DNA from: the human T2T-CHM13v2.0 reference genome, Homo sapiens
Direction: 5' to 3' (one strand)
Assembly (NCBI RefSeq): GCF_009914755.1
Contig: NC_060927.1
DNA length: 64,000 bases
Part shown: positions 39,109-52,010 of the stretch, piece by piece
How positions within the stretch are numbered: the first letter of the stretch is position 1
Layout: the number at the start of each line of letters is the position of its first letter
Notes under the pieces: generated by a model
Told to the model about the DNA's origin: nothing
Seen by the model: only the letters and a program-made list of their open reading frames with translations
The model's database searches: none
Position numbers and translations under genes: made by a program

Positions 39109-39202
39109 TCCAGAGGAGCTTGAACAATAAATCAGATCTTTTAAGGCTACTGTAACTTTCTGCCTTGATTCCAGAGGAGCTTGAACAGTAAATCAGATCT
39201 TT
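39109..39202 (+). repeat. 33-bp direct duplication enclosing a 29-bp copy of 37974-38002
   Basis: tccagaggagcttgaaca(a/g)taaatcagatcttt at 39109-39141 and 39170-39202; the insert aaggctactgtaactttctgccttgattc (39143-39171) is identical to 37974-38002. Confidence 0.95.
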
Positions 39203-42200
39203 GCCATACTTTGGGCTGATTCCCACTCTACCCTGGTTAGAGCTAACCTCTGATTGGGCTGCCTAAAGAGAAAAGCGAACAGCTAGCTTGATTGAAGAAG
39301 CCCTTAATATAATAGTGGAGATAATGTTTCTCATCAATGTTTCGCTTCATCATAGGGCTGGAGCTAGAAGCAGGCAGCTAACTAACTGGAAGGGATCAAA
39401 GGGGGTTGGTTCAGAACAGACTGGGTTGGTTTGCGTTTATGCCAAGTTGTCAGAGTAACTGAGGCTGTGGACCCATTACCCACCCAACCACTCCTGCACT
39501 CAAGATTGCCAATGCTGGGGCTTTGTTACAGGGGAAAAGCCCATGGGAAAAATAAAAGGAGAGAACTAGATACTATTCACCTTAAACCTAAATTCCAACC
39601 CCAATGCACTGGCAATCAAGGCAGTAGTCTGAGATCAATGACCCATACTGGGTCTACAAGAAGCAGATGTTTAGAAGGCAAGGCATCTGTCGGGAGACAC
39701 AAAGATGGGGCTCCATCTTAAGGGTCATGGCAAGGAAAAAGTCAAGAATTCAGAAGTTCAGTCAGTATAATGCTTGTGACCAGGCGTATTCTATTCAGCA
39801 TGGAGTTGGTCTCAAGGTGGGGAAGGAATGGGTCTGCACATGGTTTGGGTGGGGTTTATTCTATCCTCATAACAGGAGTGAGCCCTGTTGACTTAATCTA
39901 GTGATTGGTTTATGGGTGCATAAGCCAATCTGAGATGATGAGAAACAACATGCTGGCTAGGGCTTCTAGGAAAGAAATTTTTCCTTTTCCGTTTGATAAG
40001 CCTCTTTTCCTCTGGGCAGTGGAGTGTGAATGTGTGAGGTGCACAGTGGCTGTAGTCACGGGGTGGAGGGCATGGGGCAGGGTGGGCTGCAGCCCCACAT
40101 CACGTGGAGCTGAGGATGGATCCTTTGTTGTGGCAAGGAGGAGGGAGGACTTTAGTGAGTTATCTGAGCTGCTGGATCAAACCCGACTTAATGTACCAAT
40201 TACCCCTGTGTTTCAGATACTGGAACCAATACGTATTATTATTATTATTACTATTACTTCAGCCAATTTTAATGGTATTTTCTCTTTCTGTTTCTTCAAC
40301 ACAGAGTTTTACCTGCTGTTTTTTCAACACAGAGTCTTAGGATGAAGGGAACAAAGCCTAAAGGAGGAGTAATAATGGGATACAAAAGCCTCTGAGTTCA
40401 GGAATCAGGCTTTTAGAAAATAACTCCTCCTGGCTTTTCTGGGGATGGTGGTTTGGAATGTTACCTGAGCACAGTCCTCCTGGATTGGGGGCTTCTTTTT
40501 GGAAGCAGCAGCCCCTGCCACAAACTGAACACAGGGCAGTGCAAGGCCAGTAAAGATGTTCAGAAGGTAAATGGTGAGAATGTTGTCACCTTGGGTTGAT
40601 TTTTGTTCAGGGCTTTCCTAAAAGGGTAGATGTGTCAGAATTTCTTGTGCTCTGCTAATCGTTTCACTGATCTCATCTCTGAGGTTAGAGAAAACTTGCA
40701 AAATTGGCCCTTCCAGATTATTCTCTAACTTCTGAGAAAGTAAGACAGCCCCAAATACCACAAGCTGGCAGAGCGTGGGTGGTGCTGGGAGAAGGCGCAG
40801 AAGTGTTCCTGGTAGACGGCCCCCATGGGACCTTTCAAAGGGAGTGTGCTCCTGGGGCCTGGAAGTCACTGTCAGCCTCAGCCTCACAGTCCACAGAGAG
40901 GGAACCCAGGCTTGAAGCTGCTCTTATGAAGCATTCTGTTTGGGGCCCAAAAAGCACATACTCATCCCAGTGAAAAATCACCTGCAAAAAAAAAAAAAAA
41001 AGCTGTACAAATAGGCGGTCCCTTTCAGCGGCCTGACCTCAAGAGCAGAGAAACTCCCCAGTACTGTCTTGCCTCTTCCATTAGCTTGTATTCTCTCTAA
41101 TGTGAACATGCTGGTGCTGGGTGATCTATGAGCAAGCACCCTAAATTAAATAATCTCTTAGTATAAATTATTTTATCAACCCTCTGCTGGGAGCAATGTT
41201 GGCATTTTGGAGAGAGGAGAAAGAGCATGAACGTATTGATCAGACTGGCTGGGGAAGAGACCAGGAGGAGAGAACAGACAGTTGTTAAGCAGCTGCTGTG
41301 TGTTGGGTCGGGCTTCTTCACGGACTCTTCATATACGTGTCTAATTTAGTGTTTCCCAAAGAGAGTGCTGATAAAACTAGTCTTGCAAGAGACAAGTCTC
41401 CACACTTTTTTGCTCACTTACCTCACAAAAGAATTTTGAGGAGTCACATACCCTTTTACACATTTTTAAGTTAACATCTGAGATTTTTCATTACAAGTCT
41501 AAAGATTCCTTTTTTAATCATAGGAGTGGCAAAGATCAAATATTTGATAACTTGGAATCAGGTGGGGGTAGATCACAATTGACATAAATATTTCATAATA
41601 TGACTTGATAAAATGTTTTAACTAGCTTGTTGAATAAGAGGACCAAATCTAAAATAAACGATGTAGAATTTTTACCCAAGGGTTTTCCTTAATGTATCTT
41701 AAAAAATTTGGTAGTCTCAGAAAACTTCCCAGTTATAGGCTAAAGAATATGTGTTTCTGAATTCAGAGCATATCAGCAGGCCCCAAACACGTCATTAATG
41801 CAAAGCTTCAGGCTTAACAAAAATCTGTGTAAGACAGTGGGCCCTAGGGACTTCACGATTTATCATTGAAGAAGTGGGAAATCCAGAGTAATCAGATCTC
41901 TGTGCAGGTCCCCATGGTAAGACTTGGGATAAGGGTGGAGCCAGACTCTCTCTTATAAGCGGGAGAAGACCACAGTATTGGGAAGGCAGGCTGATTCTTC
42001 GGTGGGTCAGTTTTATGAAACAAATCCATGTGGAATTAAGATCTGGAAACTGGTTCATTTTACTCTATCTGTATCTCTTAGAAGTCTTTGTGTATCCCTG
42101 AAGCACATGCATGTATGTATGAAGACAACTCTTGTACATTCTTCATGACAGTAGGGTTCCAAGTTTACATTAATTTGGGAAGTGCATACCAGGTTCCCTG

Positions 42201-42225
42201 ACTGGCTTCTTAAAGACTCTGAGAG

Positions 42226-42559
42226 GGTCCGGATGTGGTGGCTCACCCCTCTGTAATCCCAGCACTTTGGGAGACCAAAGTGGGAGGACTACTTGAATAT
42301 GTGTCACAAACCAGTACCAGGAATTTGAAACCAGCCTGGGCAACATAGCAAGATCCTGTCTCCATAAAAAATAAAAATAAAAAAAGTTAGCTGGGCTTAG
42401 TGGTACATACCTGCAGTCCCAGCTACTCAGTGGGAGGCAGGAGGATTGCTTGAGCCTAGAGGTCAAGGTCAAGGCTATGATCTTGTGACTGCACTTCAGC
42501 CTGTGTGACAGAGCAAGACCCTGTCTCAAAAACAAACAAACAAACAAACAAACAAAAAA
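42226..42559 (+). mobile_element. AluJ SINE with (CAAA)n tail
   Basis: AluJ-type ggaggattgcttgagcc..ggtcaaggc and gggcaacatagcaagatcctgtctc; ~20-nt non-Alu insert at 42297-42316. Confidence 0.9.
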
Positions 42560-42728
42560 CCGAGAGAGCCTGTAGTAAAAGCACATAACCTTGTTTAACT
42601 TAGAGTTTTCCAAGTGTACTTATTTATTTCTGTTTTACATCTATTAGAATTATCATAAAATCTTTTGGAATATTATTATCAGGATTCTATGGATAAAGAA
42701 ATTGAAATTAAGTCACTAGCTCTAAGTC

Positions 42729-42948
42729 AGGGAGCTACAAACTCTGTAAAATGTCGGGTGAAAAATGTTTTAATCTTTGACAGCTGTGTGGTCTCTCTTG
42801 TGGCTACTTGACTCTACCACTGGAGCGCAAAAGCAGTCATAGACGATACCTCAGTGAGTAAGCACGGCTGTGTTCCAATAAAACTTTTCTTTATAAAATC
42901 AGGTGGCAGGCTGGATTTGGCTCTCAGGCCTTAGTTTGACAACCCCTA
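42729..42948 (+). mobile_element. MER58A (hAT-Charlie) DNA transposon
   Basis: caggg..caaact...gcaaaagcagtcatagac..ggctgtgttccaataaaactttt..ggctggatttggc..tagtttgacaacccct. Confidence 0.85.
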
Positions 42949-45900
42949 CTCTAGGCCATGTATCTTAAGGGATTTGAACCCAGGCCTGATGACTTTATAG
43001 TGTTAACCCTGTCTCTATGTCACTCCGATGAGGTGCCATGGAGGGTCCCAAAAGGGGAGGCTGGGGCCCAGGAGGCAAATCTCATCTTCTTGAGCCTTTC
43101 TCCAAGGCTGGCTTCTTCCAGTTTGGCTGGTTCTAAGGGCAACTAGGGTCTCTCCATCAGCGTCAGAGTTTGCCTGCCACCAACCCCACTCATCTTTAAT
43201 AATAAATTAATATAGATCTCAAAGCCCAAAGAGTAAACGTCCCCTAGCGGGCCTCAGTGGCAAAGTACAAAGTAAAGTACACCAGTAATTTTTTTAGCAT
43301 GAATCAACAGCTCAGCAGTTCTGGGCTCAATTGGGCCCACAATGAGTACTTTCTCTTGTCATTTAATAGGCTTGGCCTTGAGTCAACAGCTTCTGAATAG
43401 TGCTGTTAATTAGATTGGCTGTTTCTATTTCAGTTGTTCAAAGCTTTCAGAATGCTAAAAAATATTCGTAAACCTTTGTCTGCTGCCAAGGTAAAGATAT
43501 TTACCTGGGAAAGGAGTGCCATATGTAACCTGCCCTGATTTGAACTCACCCTCCCTTATACGACTGTCCTTGGGAAAAGCCTAAGAGAGTTCATTTTTTA
43601 ACAGATTCCAGTGGTGGTCATTATTTCTTGACCAGAGATTGCTCCCTGGAGGCAGAAGTCACTGGGAGGCAGCTACAAAGTGCTGCAGAGGGTTCAGTAA
43701 TCCCTAATCATGGAGACCAGTTACAAAGGCCTTCATTAAATTATTAACCTCTGCAACAACAGAAAGAACTATTTTCATTTTTATAAGAATGGTAGGCAAG
43801 GGTCAGGTCATAAAAGCCTAGAGATGTCATGCTAAGGAAGTCAGATTGGATACTGCAGAGAACTGTTAAAGAAGGGGAGTGACACTCAAATATGCATTAA
43901 GAAAGTCCATCAAGCAACAGGATAAATGAGAAGGAGGGCAGGAGGTCTTTAGAACAGTCTGGGAGAGAGACGATGGGGTCCTGGTTTTAGGCTGTGACTA
44001 TGGGAGAACCCACAGAGGGTAGGTTCAAAAGAGAGGAGTCAACAATAACCCATATTGCTACATAAATCATAGGTTGAAATGAACATTTCAGAGTAAAATG
44101 CCAAAACTAAACAAGGCTTTCCTTGGAAGGAATGGGAAAGATTGAGAATCATGATGAAATACAGCATTAAGCTAAAAGCAGTGACACCTCAGGGGTAGGA
44201 AGGATGATGATTGTAGTTCGGGGGACTTTAGTCCTCACTCCACTCTTGGTATAGAAAATCAAGGTTTTCCCAATATTGTGAAAGTTACCATGTAAATGCA
44301 GCTTCCAGCCTCCTTCTCTATTTCCAAACATATGAGTACCTTAAACCCCTCCATTATAGAAATTCTGGATCTTCTCTTACCACTAACCATCATATAAGAT
44401 GCTGCATGTTTTCGCAACAAGCATGTGCTCTTCGAAATAATCTCTATTTCGAAGCCAAGATCAGTGACCCCAGCTTCTTTGCTTAACTATAAATTAAACA
44501 GTCCTTCTGTTTTATAATTATTACTGCAAACATGTAAAATATCCAGATGGGCTACCTCTTGAAACAAAGAACAAAAAATGGCTTTTTCAATGTAGGGTGT
44601 CAACTGCAAAGAAACAACCCCATAGAGAAGCACTCATGCTTTAGCTACGACAAACTGTTTCCAAATCAGAGGCTGAGACAACCATCTTAAATATAGAAAT
44701 CTCTGCACCAGCAGTGTCCTTTCTGCCCTCTCAAAGCCTGCCAGGACTTGGAGGCTGTGTCATAGATCAGTGCCACCCACAACCAAAGGGCTGAGGACTT
44801 CTGGTAATTGTTGAAGCTTCACCAATTGTTTCCAAGGCATATCAGGTCTTGGAGCGACAAGTGAGATTCCCTTTGAATCATCTCCCCTTTCACTCCGGCC
44901 AGTTCAGAAGTTGCCAACCAGCTGCTGCCTCATCTCCCTATGGCAGCCACCTGACACCACTTTGGGCTTTATGCCTGTACCACTGGAACTCAGTGGCAAA
45001 ATCAGATCCAACTCAGCATTATCATGGGCACTGCAGAAGTGGTCTGTTCTCAAGTTTTAGATGTTCCTTTGTGTTTGGCGTTCCTTCCTCCTGGCTGTCT
45101 CCCTGACCTACTCTCTGAGCCGGCCTGTATCTTCTAACCTATTCATTGAATACCTACCACAACAAACTAGACTCTCTGTGGGGGCTCTAAGATGCACAGG
45201 GCATGGTTCCTACCCTCAGGGACTTGAAAAACCAGCTGGAGAGAGAGAGGAATATGCACAGCAATACTAAGCAGCAACAACATTCTCTTAAAGGCACACA
45301 TTTTTTTTTTCAATGTTCTCTGGTCTCTCCATGTGTCTGTGTGGATATGAGTGCCAAATCAGAGGTATGATGTGAAAAAATGGTATTTATCTGTGGAGGT
45401 TACAGATCATTGCTTGTGAGGTTCATGGGAAAAGCGTGGACAAATTTGGATAGTGTATACATGGCTGGGTGTATCAGGAATACAAAACCCCCACAGGCTG
45501 GGACAGAATACCTTTCACTACCCAGATTCGTTTCATTCATATAAATTTTACCTGAGGTTAGTTTTTAATTTTTTGGGTAGCTAGACTGTGGGATCATGAA
45601 AGGAATTTCCAGGAAACTAGGTAAATGTAGGTGAGATATGAAACAAATGTTTTACTTCAGTGTAAACCTAAACAATAGAGTCCTAATAAACTCTGTTTTT
45701 AGGTTTTTGTCCCTCCCCTGCAAGGTAGCAAAGGAGTGAAACCAGGAAAAGGATGAGTGGAACCCCCACGGCATCTTCCAGGCCTCTGGTTTTTCTTCAT
45801 CCACTGATCTCTCCACAGAGAAGAAATTATATTTAAGGTCCCAGTGAAACTTGACCCTAACTAAAGCATTCTGTTCAGAAGTTTCAACCCCTAAGGGAGA

Positions 45901-46384
45901 AAAAGCTGTTCCAAAGGGCCGATCTTACTTTTTGTTGGAAGCTTCTGAGCTCTGTCTGTCCAAAGAACATTCTGCTGATGAGTCACAACAGACGATTAGT
46001 TAGGACTGCTTGGTTTTTTAGGAAACAGGCATTGTACAAAGTGTAAGGATCTCTTTGGCAGTTGGGATTTCTGCTTTCAGTTTGCTAACACTGAGTTCCT
46101 CTCTGTCGTGATCAAAAAAGTCGAGCCCTTCTGTGACTCCAAGCACCACTGAGTATTTGTTCACAGGCCTGTATGTGGCTTGGAGGAGAGAAAGCTGCTA
46201 GGAGACAGGTCTGGGCCAAACTGCAAGGCTGATTAGCAGGAAAACAGACTCTATCCTTATACATACTGACGAGTGAATTGAAATTTCTCGGCTCATTTAC
46301 TCCAGTAATTTGGACTGGGGCTGGATCATTGCCCTTGGTGGTCTTTAAATTTTTCCTCTGTCCTTGTGTGATTTGTTGTATAGC

Positions 46385-46605
46385 AGTGGACTACAGCATA
46401 GGGCTTCGGAATCAGACAGACATGAATTCCAACCCTAAATCTCTTTGCCTACTTTGGGAGGGATTCTTAATTTCTGTAAGCCTCAGTTTCTTCATCTATA
46501 AAATGGGAATAATAACAGCACCTAGGGTTACTGTGAGGATTAATCCCAGTAAAGTATATGAATGCCTAGCCCATTGCCTAATCCACCATGGGTGCTCAAT
46601 AGTTT
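46385..46605 (+). mobile_element. MIR SINE
   Basis: aagcctcagtttcttcatctataaaatgggaataataacagcacc..tgtgaggattaa. Confidence 0.75.
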
Positions 46606-49513
46606 ATTTTCCTCCCTGGTTCTAGCTTTGCCACTTAATAGCTGTGAGACTTTTAACAAGTCATTTCAATGTTCCTGGTCATGATTTTCCTCATCTTTAA
46701 ATTGGGTAGGAGGAGAACACACCAGTAATACCCGCTCACTGGGATGTTCTGAACTGTGCCTGGACAAATATGCTTGTGGCCATGGGCAACTATCCCAGTG
46801 AGACCTGCCTGATGGCTTGATGGCCAGCTTCACAGTTGTTTTCCCTGTTGGATGGTAGAGTGTCAGCTGTATGTCTGAGAGGTCAGGGAGGGTCTCTTCC
46901 CAGAGTTGGGACAAGCCTGTAGGTGTACTCCTGGTAGATGGACATCTTGAATCCAAATTGTAAATATTTTATTTCCTTGGGGAGTCTTTCATTTGTCTCT
47001 TTTTCCTCTGCCACTGCTGCTATTTTAATTATTTTAATCCAGGCTCTTCTCATCCCAGATATGAACAGCAGCAGTAAAACTGATCTTTTTGCTTTCTGCC
47101 TTCAGATGAGTCTTTCAAAGATTCCAATTACCTTTAGTCATTTTATTGCTCAAAAGCTCAACAGCCCCATCATTTCCTGGATAAACTGAAGACCCCTCAG
47201 CCTGGTATTTAAGACCCTCTAATCTGGCCCACTTTATCTTACTTCCTACTATACGCCTCACAAACTCCCCACTCATCCACTCGTGTTTCCTCACAGTTTT
47301 TCAATGACGATGTGCATATTCTTAAATGCCAGCCCTTGTTCATTTTCTTCTTCCTGCCTGGAATGCATGGCCCCTCAGCCCATCCTAAGTATAACCTCAC
47401 TTTTGCCATGTGGTCTTTTTAGTCATTGCAACTCACTGCAACTTGGTTTGGGTAACAAATGCCTGGGTTTGTGAGTTCAAGGATGGTCCCAATAAGTCAA
47501 GCAGGAAGGAGAAGCAGGTTGGATGGGAAAGACAGTACATCTTGGAGATGTTGAATTTGTGGCAATGGCATTTTTGTTGTTGTTCCTTCTTTCAAAATCA
47601 CATGGATTTCAGTTAGAGAAATGTTGTTCAGGGGAAATGTTTCTTAGTTAGAAAAAAATACATACACGTAGTTTTTTAAAATTTTGTTTGTAAAGAAGAC
47701 TAGAAAGAAAGATATCAAGAAAAAGTAAAAATTACCTCTATTTCCAACACCTCGAAATAATTGCTACGGATATTTTAATGTGTGTCTTTCTTGGCCTTAA
47801 AAAGATATTTTAAATTTTTTTTTAAAAAAATTATGCCATATATACTCTTTAGTACATTATATTCAACACTATATTGTGAATGTGATTTACATCAATAAAT
47901 CCTGACTAAATAATAATTTTTAATATCTGTTTAAGGCTACACTATAATGTATTTAATCAGTCTTGTATTGGTGAAACTTAGCTTATGTCCAGTTTTCAGT
48001 TCCTCAATATGTGACATTATTTTTTTATACCTGAGTTCAAAAAACGATATTGACCTTTAGAGACAAAATTTGCAGGTGTTCATTGTAAAAAAAAAAATAG
48101 AGTGAGAAGCAAAAATAAAATAAATAAAATAAAAATAACTCACAATTCCATTACCCAAAGATAAACTCAGCTAGATTTTGATGGCACTCCATCCCTAAGT
48201 TGACAGAACGTTTATTGTAAAATTCTGATAATTTCCTTCTATTTTCCTCTTTGCCCAAATGGCTGAAATTTTATCAGGGTACTCATGTAGTAAAAACCTA
48301 CTGATGTATTCACATTTTACACATTACTACTATTTTTCTTTCAGAGCTTATTTATTGGGTATTCAGCAAAATCAAGATGAATTCTGATATGATATATTAC
48401 AAATGCCAAGAAGGAAAACCATGATTCTACTGCTCCATGTCTTGTCATTAAAAAATATTTTTTAGCTTTACGCTCCTTACTTGGAAAAATGATATGATGC
48501 CACAGTGCTGTGTCACCTTCCTCCTGATACACAGAGTTCATCATGCTGGGATCATGTGTTGGGAACTTCCTAGTCACCCACATCATTGGCTTTTTGAGGA
48601 AACAATAGTCCTCTCTGGATTATTCCATCTCTTTATCACCCTCCTTCTTTGCCTCTCCGTTACCTAATACTGTGCCTGATGAGCACCCCAAATGCAGAGA
48701 GCCCCTCCCACTCTTTCTAAATTTTGTTCTTTATAGGGTAGTGTCTGATCTACAGTAGCAGCTTAATGTATGAAGTTTTAAATCAAATTATCCATTGGAA
48801 TAACAAGAATAGAATGATGGAAAGAAAAACACATTGTAACTTTTCATGGGGCCTCTCTTTCATCAAAACAAAACAAATTATATTATGTTTTATAACCACA
48901 TTGGTATAACAATGAATATAATCCAGGCTAGGTTTATTATTACATACTCATTTTTATTATATTCCTTTTGCTTCTGATTTTAAAAGAAATAAAACCTTTT
49001 CATGGGCCCTAGGCATTGTGCCTGATGGGTAAAGTACCCATCTGTACTTCGAAAGCTAAGGGCAAAGAGATGCAATTCTAGGAGGAAATTCTTCATTTAG
49101 AATTGGCCAGGGCTTTTTATGTTTGCATTATTGATTGAGAGCTTACTACAGTCCAAGCAGTCTTCTTATGTGTATTATCTCATGTAATTATCACACCAAT
49201 CTCTGTGTTAATTGCTATTATTATTCCACATTTTATAGTAAAGGTAATTAAGGTATAGAGAGATGACCCAATGTGCTCACAGTCATACAGTTAGTATTTG
49301 GTGGAACTGGGATTTCATTCATTGCACAAATTTTCTTGAGCATCTGCTATGTGCCAGGCACTGTCCTGGACACTGGGGAAGTGAGCAAAACAAAGCACCT
49401 GCCCTTGTGCAGTGCCATCCTTGGTCTGATTTCAAAGCTTGTGCTCTTAACTCTTGTGCTACTTGTCAAATTTTCAGACTTCTTGTACACTGTGGGCTGA
49501 AGTTTTATAAGTA

Positions 49514-49879
49514 CAGGTTGAGTAGCCCTTATTCAAAATGCTTGGAACCAGAAGTGTTTCAGATTTCAAATTTTTTTGGATTTGGGAATACTTGCATATA
49601 CATAATGAGATATCTTGGGGATAGGACCCAAACCTAAAAATAAAATTTATTTCTATTTTATACACAACTTATGCACATAGCATGAAGGTAATTTTATACA
49701 ATATTTTTAATAATTTTGTGACTGAAAAATTGTGCAAAGTTGTGACTGTGTTTGACTGCAACTCGTCATGTGAGGTCAAGTGTGAATTTTCCACTTGTGG
49801 TGTCATGTCAGTTTCCAAAAAGTTTTGGGTTTTGGAGCATTTCACGTTTTGAATTTTCAGATTAGGGATGTTCAACCTG
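49514..49879. mobile_element. Tigger4/MER46-type (TcMar) non-autonomous DNA transposon
   Basis: Terminal inverted repeats caggttgagtagccctta / tagggatgttcaacctg flanked by TA on both sides. Confidence 0.88.
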
Positions 49880-50009
49880 TAGTGAGAAGGTGTATTTCTT
49901 ACAGATGGACAAATTCCTGACCAGAATTTTATCCATCTCTCGCTGCCTCTTGTATCTGAAAAAGATGTATTTATTGTTAGAAAAGAATAGAGGTTCATAG
50001 TCCAAAAAA

Positions 50010-50136
50010 CAAGGAATAAGAGGAAGAAGAGGGAGAAAAGTAAGAGAAAAAGAAGAAGGAGGAGGAGGAGGAGGAAGAGGAGGAGGAGGAGGGGGAAGGA
50101 AGGAAGAAAGAAAGAAAGAACAAAAGAAAGGAAGCA
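50010..50136 (+). repeat. GA-rich low-complexity tract with (GGA)n and (GAAA)n
   Basis: Read directly. Confidence 0.9.
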
Positions 50137-50739
50137 ACGGACTAGGAAAAATATATAGAGAAGTGAAAATTACCTGTATTCCTTTCCTTTTTTTTTTTCC
50201 CCCAGGTTCTAGGCTTAAATTACCTGTATCTCTGATATCCCAAAATTACTGGTCATATTTTGATGTACATCCCTCCTGGCCTTTTTAATTTTTTAAGAGG
50301 GAAAGTATGTTATGTATACTCTTTTATATATTATATTCAACAAGATATTGTGAATGTCTTCCACATGCCATAGCTACATATTCTCTTGGACTCAGAGGAT
50401 TTCCCATCTGCAATCTCTTTTTCTTTGCTTACTCTGCCCTGCCTTGGCAGAGGCTGGCATTCCTTTTGCTCCCCCATTGCCATCTTGGTTTTTCCATTGC
50501 TTTCTGACTTACTGATGCTGCTAGAGAGCTGCATCAGTTCACATCTGGTCTGGTCTTTACTCGTACCTAAGACGCTCCATGGCTCCCAGTTATCCTGAGA
50601 GGATAACACCCGTAATCCTCAGCCCAGTTTATCAGGTCCGTTCTCATCCAGGTACTGCTTGCCTCCATCCTCACCTCATATTCCTTCTCTTTTCTCCTCT
50701 TTGTCCACTGTGTCCCCTTGTGAGTTAACTGCACTTCAT

Positions 50740-51410
50740 TCCTTAGTCAACAAACATCAACTGGGCACCTATGATGTGCCCTGCTCTGTGAGCATATCAG
50801 GATTTAAAGAAGAATAAGATCCAGTCCCTGATCTTTAGAAGTCCACAGTCTGGAGTGGAAACAGAAGAGCAGAGGGATGATCGAGCATCCTGTGGGCAGG
50901 ACTGAAATAGAGAAAAGCGCCAGGCACCACGGGAACACAACTGTGGCCACACCTCACCTGAAGGGAGAAGGGGCTGGTCACTGACGGCAGGTGAGTGATC
51001 CCAAAGGCTTCTCATGGGAGGCAGTCCCCTGACGTTTGTTCTATGGGATGAGGAGAGTGAGTCTAGAGAACAAGTGGGGGGAGGTGGATTGATGAGGCAG
51101 AGTTGTGGCAGCAAGTGCAGAAGGCTGGGCCTGAGGCCAGTGGGCAGGGCTATGGGGACCATGCTGTGGAGTCCACCTTTACCCTGAAGCTTATGAGGAA
51201 ACAGTGAAGGGGTTTCAGCAGGGGTGTGAGAATGACTGCAAAGCTGGTGTAGTAAGAGAGGCAAGAAATCCAGAGGGCGGCAGAGGTGGAAAGGAGTGGG
51301 CAGGTTGGAAGATGGTGAGGAAGTAGCATGGACAGGACTTGGTGTCCAGGTGAATGTTGGGGGTAAAGGAGAAGGAGGGTTCAAGGATCATGCCTCGGCT
51401 GCTGGAACAC
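50740..51410 (-). mobile_element. L2 LINE fragment
   Basis: ttcattccttagtcaacaaacatc..gcacctatgatgtgcc..aataagatccagtccctg..gtgaatgttgggggtaaggagaaggagg..tcaaggat. Confidence 0.6.
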
Positions 51411-51540
51411 CCTATGATCTCTTCCCTCTGCTGGCTTCTTGTTGCTTCTGACTGAACCCTTTCCACTTTTCTACCCAAATAATCGCTTGTTATTCCATAC
51501 TCAGTTTGAGCATCACTTCTCCCTGGAAAGCTTCTCTGAC

Positions 51541-52010
51541 TGTCAGGATTCCAGAGGAAAGGCATGGCACATTATCACTGGGTAACTGACGAGCACTGTT
51601 AAAGGGACTAGTTATAAAGGTGACAGCAGGGTTTAAGGAAACAAACGATGGCACTGAACCTGATGGCTAGTAGTCCTGTGACCATCTGAGAGGCTGGAAA
51701 GCACCAGGGGAGAGAAGGTTACTAGGACACAGAGAAAGAGTCGGAGGAGAGGGCTGCTTGACCAGAGCTGTGTCCTTCAGTAGGGGATACAGCCAGTCTA
51801 CAATGATCCTGAAAGAAGGAATTCCAGAGAATGAACACTTCAGCCTTCTTTTCCTTCCTCTGGTTCATCTTTGCTGTAGCTCCCCATTGGCCAAATCCAA
51901 CTAGAAGCAGCAGGCACAGGAGCCCATTGAGGCAGTCCCTGCAATCAGCCCCCAGGGCACAAAGCAGCATGGAGCGTGGGCCTGGAGAGGAAAGTGGGAG
52001 ACGCCCACAA
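51541..52010 (-). mobile_element. LTR33-like ERVL LTR
   Basis: aggaaaggcatggcacatt..ctgggtaact..taaagggactagtta..ctccccattggccaaatccaactagaagc..aggagcccattga. Confidence 0.65.

Noticed and set aside
39109-39202. Repeat-spacer-repeat (33/28/33) resembling a minimal CRISPR array with a self-matching spacer
   Set aside because: Only two repeats, primate DNA and no cas genes; explained by duplication with a templated insertion.
42297-42316. ~20-nt foreign insert in AluJ
   Set aside because: The only local match is 10 bp (gaatatgtgt near 41745), which is compatible with chance; origin cannot be determined.
50797-51384. 195-aa P/S/L-rich ORF on the minus strand
   Set aside because: Lies in an L2 remnant, uses a non-ATG start and shows no recognisable domain.
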